A stretch of 10,006 nucleotides of DNA from a virus, in the UHGV virus genome UHGV-2159551. One strand, given 5' to 3'. A program made the position numbers and the translations under genes. Positions 4,424 through 10,006 of this stretch are shown here, piece by piece. The notes under the pieces are model-generated. The model was not told the origin of the DNA. It made no database searches and saw only the letters and a program-made list of their open reading frames with translations. The first letter of the stretch is position 1. The number at the start of each line of letters is the position of its first letter.

Positions 4424-6136
4424 ATGGAAATTGGGTTCCCTTTTATGGGGGATCGTCTCAGCTTATGTCGTTATTCTTGGGCTAAGAGGCTGACGGTTTA
4501 TTCCTTTATTTTTTCCTTTCTCTGGGTTTCCTTTCCCCGATATTCATATTCATTTGTACCAGCAATTGCAGCAGTGGCTGCGCGGGCTGTTATTCCTAAA
4601 GTCGTTGGCCGGGTGCTTGTTCGTCGCTTTGCTGCCAATGATGCGATTTATACGGCATCACAGCTTACAGCAACCCGTGTTTTTGTTGGCCGCGCTGCGG
4701 CTAATGCTGCCGAATACTTGCCTGCTGCCTCATCATACAAAATGAGCGGTGTTGCAACGTGGGCGGGTATTGCTGCTGCTGTATCATCTTTTGTTCCGTC
4801 TTCTTTGAGTTCATCTGACGGCTCGGTAATGGTAATGACTAACGGTAAAAAGATTTCCGATAATTTATATGAAGTAACGTACAGTGGTCAAAGTGGTGAA
4901 AGTAAGACGATAACCGTTAATTTTGAACCACAGGAATTAAGTCCGGTAATCCTTCATGTTAGTCGTAATAATGTGGATGCGGGTTCTCCAGTTGTAGGTG
5001 TTGAAACAGGATATTCCACGCCAGATAATGCACTTTATTATTATCAGGATTCGAAAGAGCTAATTTATTACTATGGTGATAATCCAACTGAAATTGCCAG
5101 AAATTATCTTAATGACTATAACTCGCGTACTTATACTGAAACACTAACAAATTTTGAACGCACTGTGACGAATAAAGTTGTCAACAGTAATGGAGATGTA
5201 TCCTTTACTGAACAGAATTATAAGTTTACTTATCCTTCCTCATTTTATGAAATACCTGAGATTACACACTTGTATAGCAACCCGGCCGCATCTTCATTTC
5301 CCGCAGGTATTCCCATGTATGAAAATGTAGCAGGGCTTCCCATGTATTACAGCGTTGCTTATTTAACAGCAGGCAAGCAATATCAGTATCACAACACGCC
5401 TTGTAAAACGACTAATCAGTCAAATGGTGGATATTCGACGATTTGCGCCGTTCCTGAAAAAGAGGATTACACCGCAAAAGATATTGATGAAAAGAGTGAG
5501 CTTACTATCTGGACCAATACCAAATATAAAGCCATGACGGAAGTACTGGAGGCCGGAAATATTGAGTCCATGATTGATTATCTGGAGTATCTTGATAGTG
5601 TTAGTGTATCGCCAGCACTTCTTGCCGACATGATTAACGAGCTGTGGTCTGAAGCTGCCGTTAATGCCGATTATAACGGCTTACCGTTTAAAGAGGTTTC
5701 ACCGGCTGAAGTAACTTCTGCGATGTCGGAACTTAGGCTATCTCCAACGTTATTAGATATGCTTTCACCTGTATCTGACAGTGCAGGGGCTGACGTCAAT
5801 ATTGATATTACCATTAATAACAACTCAGGATCTGACACTGGAAATAATGGCAATATAGATTTGGGAGAAGATCCCGGTGTAAAAGAGCCTGAGCTTGAAG
5901 AAACGCCAACGGCAAGAGATATTTTAACGCCAATTATTAACTTGTTGCCTTTTACAAACGAATTTAACATCGGCTCTCGTTCAGCATCCTGCCCCGTTGT
6001 TGAATTCAGCGTGTTTAATCACCAGTACAGAATTGACTCCCATTGTCCGTTAATTGAGCAGAACAGAAGCGCCGTAGAAACCATATTTCTGATTATATGG
6101 GGATTTGTTGCGCTCCGTATTATTCTGAGTGCCTAA
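4424..6136 (+). CDS. Adsorption / minor coat protein (pIII-like), up to 570 aa; start codon uncertain
   Basis: ORF from track, positioned between gVIII and gVI as in Ff. The C-terminus (CPVVEFSVFNHQYRIDSHCPLIEQNRSAVETIFLIIWGFVALRIILSA) resembles the pIII C-terminal domain with membrane anchor; Asn/Gly/Ser-rich linker near residue 470. The N-terminus is ambiguous: alternative in-frame ATG at 4742 gives a signal-peptide-like MSGVATWAGIAAAVSSFVPSSLSS. Confidence 0.7.
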   Translation: MEIGFPFMGDRLSLCRYSWAKRLTVYSFIFSFLWVSFPRYSYSFVPAIAAVAARAVIPKVVGRVLVRRFAANDAIYTASQLTATRVFVGRAAANAAEYLPAASSYKMSGVATWAGIAAAVSSFVPSSLSSSDGSVMVMTNGKKISDNLYEVTYSGQSGESKTITVNFEPQELSPVILHVSRNNVDAGSPVVGVETGYSTPDNALYYYQDSKELIYYYGDNPTEIARNYLNDYNSRTYTETLTNFERTVTNKVVNSNGDVSFTEQNYKFTYPSSFYEIPEITHLYSNPAASSFPAGIPMYENVAGLPMYYSVAYLTAGKQYQYHNTPCKTTNQSNGGYSTICAVPEKEDYTAKDIDEKSELTIWTNTKYKAMTEVLEAGNIESMIDYLEYLDSVSVSPALLADMINELWSEAAVNADYNGLPFKEVSPAEVTSAMSELRLSPTLLDMLSPVSDSAGADVNIDITINNNSGSDTGNNGNIDLGEDPGVKEPELEETPTARDILTPIINLLPFTNEFNIGSRSASCPVVEFSVFNHQYRIDSHCPLIEQNRSAVETIFLIIWGFVALRIILSA

Positions 6137-6148
6137 AGGAGTGCAACT

Positions 6149-6436
6149 ATGTTTGGGATTCTGATTAGTGCATTAAATACTTTGTTAGGTTTTGTATTCC
6201 GGTCATTGATTATTAAATTCGTCGTATTCTTTGCGCTGTATTTTGTAGTCCAGGGCTTCGTTGAAATCCTTGTTGAGTTACTGCCAGATTCAAGCAATCT
6301 CTCATCGCTGTTTGCCAATTTATCAGACGGATTCTGGTACTTCATTAACCTGAGTAAATTACCACAGGGGATTAGTATGATTATCTCCGCAATGGCTACT
6401 CGTTTTATTATTCGACGTATTCCTGTTATAGGGTGA
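6149..6436 (+). CDS. Minor coat protein (pVI-like), 95 aa, hydrophobic
   Basis: ORF from track; strong SD AAAGGAG upstream; hydrophobic small protein immediately after the pIII-like gene and before the Zot-like gene, matching the Ff gVI position. Confidence 0.65.
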   Translation: MFGILISALNTLLGFVFRSLIIKFVVFFALYFVVQGFVEILVELLPDSSNLSSLFANLSDGFWYFINLSKLPQGISMIISAMATRFIIRRIPVIG

Positions 6437-6439
6437 GTT

Positions 6440-7465
6440 ATGGCTATTTCTGCATATATTGGCATACCCGGCTCAGGAAAAAGTTATGAAGCCGTTTGCA
6501 ATGTCATTATTCCAGCATTTACCAGCGGCCGGAGAGTTGTGACGAACATTTATGGTTTACAAAAAGATAAAATCACCGAACGTTATCCTGATGCAACGGG
6601 AGAAATTATTGTTGTGGATAATGATGATGTGCTTAAAGCAGATTTCTTTCCTTTTAAAGGTGGGGAAGGGAGTTTTTGCCAGTTTGGTGATTTAATTGTT
6701 ATTGATGAAGCATGGCGAATCTTCGGTAGCGATAAGGATATGACGGCTGAGAAGAAATCATTTATTGCTGAACATCGTCATTTTACGCACCCTGAAACGG
6801 GTATTAGCTGTGATTTGGTTATTGTAAATCAGTCACTTTCTAATATTGCTCGCTTTCTGAAAGACAAAATAGAAACAACTTACCGGATGCGCAAGCTGAA
6901 AGCGTTAGGCCTGAATAATCATTACTGCATTGACGTATATTCAGGCCACAAAATCTATAAAAGCAACCTCGTCACCAGTTATCGCAATAAATATAACCCT
7001 GATATTTTTGAACTTTACAAAAGCTATGAAGGAAATAACGGTAATGAAAAGCAGACAGATAAACGCCAGAGCATCTGGAATTCTGGCAAAGTCAGGTTCT
7101 TTCTTGTGCTTTTTCCATTGATGTTTATCGGGTCAGGCTGGCTGATTTACTCATTTTTCAGCACGTTTGGCCGAAGCGATCCCTCTCCAGATTTGACTAC
7201 AACAGATGTACGTGATGCGGCCATGTTTCGTTCTTCCGCTGTTACTCCAGCATCAGATACTCCCTCAGAACCAGCTGAACCGCCACTTTCAACCGAGTGG
7301 CGTATATCAGGGAGAATGACCAGTGAAGGCAGGGCGTTTGTGATTCTTGTTAACGGTGCCGGTGTTTTGCGTGCCGTTCCTGCATCCAGTTTTAATTACA
7401 AAGGGATGTTGATGAGCGGAATTATTGATGGTGAGCGTGTGACGCTTTATACGGGGAAAAAATAA
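6440..7465 (+). CDS. Zot-family assembly ATPase (pI-like), 341 aa
   Basis: ORF from track. N-terminal Walker A GIPGSGKS; Walker B-like LIVIDEAWRIFG (Ff pI LLVLDECGTWFN); single TM segment FFLVLFPLMFIGSGWLIYSFF around residue 220, as in pI/Zot proteins. Confidence 0.9.
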   Translation: MAISAYIGIPGSGKSYEAVCNVIIPAFTSGRRVVTNIYGLQKDKITERYPDATGEIIVVDNDDVLKADFFPFKGGEGSFCQFGDLIVIDEAWRIFGSDKDMTAEKKSFIAEHRHFTHPETGISCDLVIVNQSLSNIARFLKDKIETTYRMRKLKALGLNNHYCIDVYSGHKIYKSNLVTSYRNKYNPDIFELYKSYEGNNGNEKQTDKRQSIWNSGKVRFFLVLFPLMFIGSGWLIYSFFSTFGRSDPSPDLTTTDVRDAAMFRSSAVTPASDTPSEPAEPPLSTEWRISGRMTSEGRAFVILVNGAGVLRAVPASSFNYKGMLMSGIIDGERVTLYTGKK

Positions 7466-8709
7466 TGAAAAAGATTTTACTCGCATTAACGCTACTATTT
7501 TCTTCATGTGCTTTCGCAGGGTCAGAGCTTGAATTAAATAAAGTCAAGCTACCGGAGGCTATTTCTCTTATTTACAGTGAGGTGCTTAAAGTCCCGTATA
7601 TGCTAGATCCACAGCTTGTTAATGATGAACGAATGATTACATTCAGGTTAACACCTGATATTGATGAACGGGAATTTGTAACCCGTTATCTTGGCAATAT
7701 GAACATTCGAATATGGACGAAAAAGGGTGTTGATTTTATCGCGCCCTATACGCCGAAAGAGCCGGTTAAGCCACGTTATACATGGACTTATACGCCTCAG
7801 TACCGCTCTGTTGCCTACCTGTCTGATATTCTTGGCGGCTACGTTTCAGGCTCCTTCAATAACAGTGGAGCCGTGATTTCTGACGATTCGCTAAAAGGTT
7901 CATCAGGGGCAAGCAACTACATCAATCGAACCGGTGATATTCTGGTTTATTATGGTACGAAAGAGGATATCGCCATCCTGAAAACACTGGTCACTTCGCT
8001 GGATACGATGAGTGATGAAGTGGTTGTTTCTGGTTATGTTTTTGAGGTTCAGACCTCGCAGTCTGACGGCTCCGGCATTCTTTTAGCGGCTAAAATTCTG
8101 TCTGATAAATTCAATATTTCAGTTGGTGCTGCCGGACTGGATAATTTTATCAATATTCGAACCGGCTCCATTGATGCCATTTTCAATCTGCTGAAAACCG
8201 ACAGTCGTTTTACTGTTGTCAGTGCGCCACGACTGCGGGTAAAAAATAATGCCTCAGCGTCTTTTTCAGTCGGCTCTGATGTGCCAGTACTGGGCAGTGT
8301 TACGGTGAATAACAATACGACAACGCAATCCGTTGAATATCGTTCCAGCGGTGTTTTGTTTAACGTGACGCCATCAATCAAAAGTCGGACAATGGATCTC
8401 AAGATTCAGCAGCAGCTTTCCAACTTTGTGACCACTGAAACCGGCGTCAATAACTCGCCAACCCTTATCAAGCGTGATGTAACAACCGAAGTCAGCCTTG
8501 CAGATGGTGATATTATTTTACTTGGTGGCCTTGCTGAACAGAAAGACAGTAAGGCCAGTTCCGGCTGGAGCTTCTTCGGTTCCCGTACCAGTGAAAGCAA
8601 CAAGACTGATATTATGGTGATGCTTCAGGTCAGAAAGGTTGACCGGAGCAGGGCGACGCCCCGCAGCGCCGCGAGGAGCGGTGAACTGTTCCGGGACAAC
8701 CTGAACTGA
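7465..8709 (+). CDS. Secretin (pIV-like outer-membrane export channel), 414 aa
   Basis: ORF from track. N-terminal signal peptide MKKILLALTLLFSSCAFAGS; C-terminal secretin-domain matches to Ff pIV (VSGYVFEVQ vs EGLIFEVQ; SAPRLRV...SFSVGSDVPVL vs SVPRILT...SISVGQNVPFI; LADGDIILLGGL vs LRDGQTLLLGGL). Start overlaps the pI stop (TAATG). Confidence 0.9.
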   Translation: MKKILLALTLLFSSCAFAGSELELNKVKLPEAISLIYSEVLKVPYMLDPQLVNDERMITFRLTPDIDEREFVTRYLGNMNIRIWTKKGVDFIAPYTPKEPVKPRYTWTYTPQYRSVAYLSDILGGYVSGSFNNSGAVISDDSLKGSSGASNYINRTGDILVYYGTKEDIAILKTLVTSLDTMSDEVVVSGYVFEVQTSQSDGSGILLAAKILSDKFNISVGAAGLDNFINIRTGSIDAIFNLLKTDSRFTVVSAPRLRVKNNASASFSVGSDVPVLGSVTVNNNTTTQSVEYRSSGVLFNVTPSIKSRTMDLKIQQQLSNFVTTETGVNNSPTLIKRDVTTEVSLADGDIILLGGLAEQKDSKASSGWSFFGSRTSESNKTDIMVMLQVRKVDRSRATPRSAARSGELFRDNLN

Positions 8710-8797
8710 TTGTATGGATTTTTATTATGGCGTTAACTTTTATGGGGTATGAACAGTACGACATCTTCTAGGTATTCAGTTACTTAGAGGATTTATT

Positions 8798-9046
8798 ATG
8801 TCTGTAAAAAATAAGGCGCGTGACCGACTTCCCGGTGGCCGCCTTAAGTCTTATCGTCGTGTAGGTTCACATTTTGCCAGTTGTGCCAGATGGTTTGATA
8901 AATCGCCGTCCTGGTATCGCAATATGATGATGACCAGGCCTGAGCGCCGTGAAGTCAGAAGGCTTCTCAATCAGGTAATGCGTGGTCATGATGCTGACGG
9001 CATTGCTTTTCCGGTCAGTCATCGTCCGTTTGTTTATTGGTGGTGA
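8798..9046 (+). CDS. Hypothetical small basic (Arg-rich) protein, 82 aa
   Basis: ORF from track; good SD (GAGGA then 7 nt then ATG). Arg/Lys-rich (RPERREVRRLL), ends in FVYWW. No recognisable family by eye; a nucleic-acid-binding role is speculation. Confidence 0.45.
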   Translation: MSVKNKARDRLPGGRLKSYRRVGSHFASCARWFDKSPSWYRNMMMTRPERREVRRLLNQVMRGHDADGIAFPVSHRPFVYWW

Positions 9047-9108
9047 ATTTCGTACGCACGAAATTTCACGCATAAACACCAGACAAAAAATCGTTAACTG
9101 TCTGTTTT
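9043..9108 (+). other. Structured region with two hairpins (candidate terminator and/or origin or packaging-signal elements)
   Basis: Hairpin 1: GTGAATTTCGT / ACGAAAT(T)TCAC, 11-bp stem with a 1-nt bulge and loop ACGC (9043..9069), overlapping the stop of the 82-aa ORF. Hairpin 2: CAGACA / TGTCTG (9080..9104) with a 13-nt loop containing GTTAAC, followed by TTTT (9105..9108). Confidence 0.35.
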
Positions 9109-9191
9109 GAAAGATAACGCCGGTCAGTGACAAAACTTGTTTTGTTGCTGTCCGGGGTTGGCCAAGCCGTACAGTTTCCATTTTCAGCGTT

Positions 9192-9440
9192 ATGGCTGAT
9201 TCGGCGCGGCAGCATTCATCGGGGCTTATCATGGAAAAATTCATGACACATCAGGAGCTGAAAGTGATGCTTCTCAAAGATCCAGCATTCCGGGCTGCTT
9301 ATGAAGCTGAGAGCCAGAACCCGCAATCCGGTTACCAGATTATCCGGCATCATGGTGATGGCACTGAAGAAGTGGTGTTTGATTCTCGTGTATCAGGTAC
9401 AGATTTACCAACTAACTGGATGAACAGGCCTGATTGGTGA
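9192..9440 (+). CDS. Hypothetical small protein (82 aa as drawn; the likely start is internal at GTG 9264 or ATG 9267, giving about 58 aa)
   Basis: ORF from track. The first ATG has no SD, whereas AGGAG (9253..9257) sits 6-9 nt upstream of the in-frame GTG 9264 / ATG 9267. No recognisable motif. Confidence 0.4.
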   Translation: MADSARQHSSGLIMEKFMTHQELKVMLLKDPAFRAAYEAESQNPQSGYQIIRHHGDGTEEVVFDSRVSGTDLPTNWMNRPDW

Positions 9441-9502
9441 GGTCAGGCCGTTCACTTACTGCTGACAGACATTTGATTCTGATTCGTTTGGAGAAACGGA
9501 TA

Positions 9503-9595
9503 ACGTAGAATCACCATTGATAGTAGCCAGTTGACGGCCAGTGTCAACGATTCCCGCCAGATTCTGCCATCCTTACCATTGGTGCGCATAATGTA
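9503..9595. repeat. Direct repeat copy 2 (93 bp), identical to 1..93; its 3' end is the XerC arm of the intact dif site
   Basis: Seen directly: base-for-base identity with 1..93. Confidence 0.95.
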
Positions 9596-9608
9596 TATTA
9601 TGTTAAAT
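9581..9608 (+). other. dif: attR, canonical chromosomal dif site (XerCD recombination site)
   Basis: GGTGCGCATAA-TGTATA-TTATGTTAAAT matches the E. coli dif 28-mer (XerC arm, 6-bp central region, XerD arm) as recalled from memory. Confidence 0.8.
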
Positions 9609-9821
9609 CATATCTGAGTGATGCGAAGTGCTTTTCTGGTAGTCGTTATTCGTTCAGGGTTCAAGAACTTAAGCCTCTCCTCTTTCATAATTGGCCTGTG
9701 CATGGAGAAATAGCCTGGTTATTCCCTGCCCCATGCTAAGAGCGCAGTGTCTGTCGCATAGACACTGCATACGAAAAAACCAGAGGGTGCTGTTACTTAT
9801 TTAAGGACGGATCAAGCGGGA

Positions 9822-10006
9822 ATGAGTCCACTCCGGTATCAGAAATGTATAGAAATATTGGACGCAAATATGCGTCCGGTGAAACTAAATGATCTTCATG
9901 CCGGGATGCTGAACCGCCCCGGGTTTCCTGGAGAGTGTTTTATCTGTGAACTCAGGCTGCCAGATCATCGTTTCCGATGGAAGCATAATAAGCTTTTTCT
10001 GCTTCT
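9822..10006 (+). CDS. Possible 5' end of a host gene running off the window (hypothetical)
   Basis: Hand translation from ATG 9822 is open to the window end (MSPLRYQKCIEILDANMRPVKLNDLHAGMLNRPGFPGECFICELRLPDHRF...). Weak or no SD; not in the ORF track because truncated. Confidence 0.2.
   Translation, partial: MSPLRYQKCIEILDANMRPVKLNDLHAGMLNRPGFPGECFICELRLPDHRFRWKHNKLFLL

Larger units (their letters stand above)
79..9608 (+). mobile_element. Integrated filamentous prophage (Inovirus, Ff-like morphogenesis module) at dif; an IMEX (integrative mobile element exploiting Xer)
   Basis: Complete Ff-like gene set (pII, pVIII, pIII, pVI, pI/Zot, pIV) flanked by a phage-type dif-like site on the left and canonical dif on the right; no integrase encoded. 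dif-integrating inoviruses are an established class (for example CTXphi and the CUS-1/YpfPhi group). Confidence 0.85.

Noticed and set aside
4554-4745. 63-aa plus-strand ORF in an alternative frame inside the 5' region of the pIII-like gene
   Set aside because: No SD and a Leu-rich low-complexity translation; more likely an artefact of the pIII frame, though the pIII start itself remains uncertain.
5671-5970. 99-aa minus-strand ORF
   Set aside because: Antisense within the pIII-like gene; Ser-rich low-complexity translation mirrors the linker region on the sense strand.
6133-6465. 110-aa minus-strand ORF
   Set aside because: Antisense to the pVI-like gene, which has a strong SD and fits synteny.
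6930-7121. 63-aa plus-strand ORF in an alternative frame inside the pI gene; also considered as a possible pXI-like internal start
   Set aside because: Out of frame with pI, so it cannot be a pXI analogue. No in-frame Met with SD lies just upstream of the pI transmembrane segment, so a pXI equivalent is not supported.
7307-7507. 66-aa minus-strand ORF
   Set aside because: Antisense across the pI/pIV junction; no support.
8049-8603. Two minus-strand ORFs (117 aa and 65 aa) inside the secretin gene
   Set aside because: Antisense within a well-supported secretin gene; no initiation signals.
8867-9244. 125-aa minus-strand ORF
   Set aside because: Antisense to the Arg-rich ORF and spanning the hairpin region; no SD; the plus-strand ORFs have better initiation contexts.
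9744-9768. Hairpin in the host flank considered as an intrinsic terminator
   Set aside because: No T-tract follows the stem on either strand in the orientation required (the plus strand has an A-run after it, the minus strand a T-run before it), so it is not a canonical terminator; noted only as structure.
1-10006. Search for CRISPR arrays, tRNA/rRNA genes, a phage integrase/recombinase, and transposase or IS termini
   Set aside because: No regularly spaced short repeats, no cloverleaf-like or rRNA-like segments, and no ORF with recombinase or transposase character were seen; integration is better explained by host XerCD acting at the dif-like sites.

Overview
The window is almost exactly one integrated filamentous (Inovirus, Ff-like) prophage of about 9.5 kb, inserted at the chromosomal dif site of an enterobacterial host (the right-hand site matches the E. 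coli dif 28-mer). It is bounded by 93-bp direct repeats (1..93 and 9503..9595) that end in the XerC arm of dif; the left site (79..111) is phage-type and the right site (9581..9608) is canonical dif. No integrase is encoded, consistent with XerCD-dependent integration. The plus strand carries a complete Ff-like module in canonical order: replication initiator pII with a possible internal pX start, a putative ssDNA-binding protein, two small ORFs in the gVII/gIX slot, major coat pVIII followed by an intrinsic terminator, pIII-like adsorption protein, pVI, Zot-family pI and pIV secretin. Diverging from it on the minus strand are an HTH regulator, a 4-TM membrane protein and a two-gene cargo cassette (264-aa protein with a PD-(D/E)xK-like nuclease motif plus an 88-aa partner), closed by a terminator next to attL. 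The regulator/pII intergenic region holds three copies of a 15-bp operator-like motif. The cargo cassette is the best candidate for an undescribed accessory (defence or exclusion) system. All protein calls rest on motifs and synteny read by eye; no database search was run.
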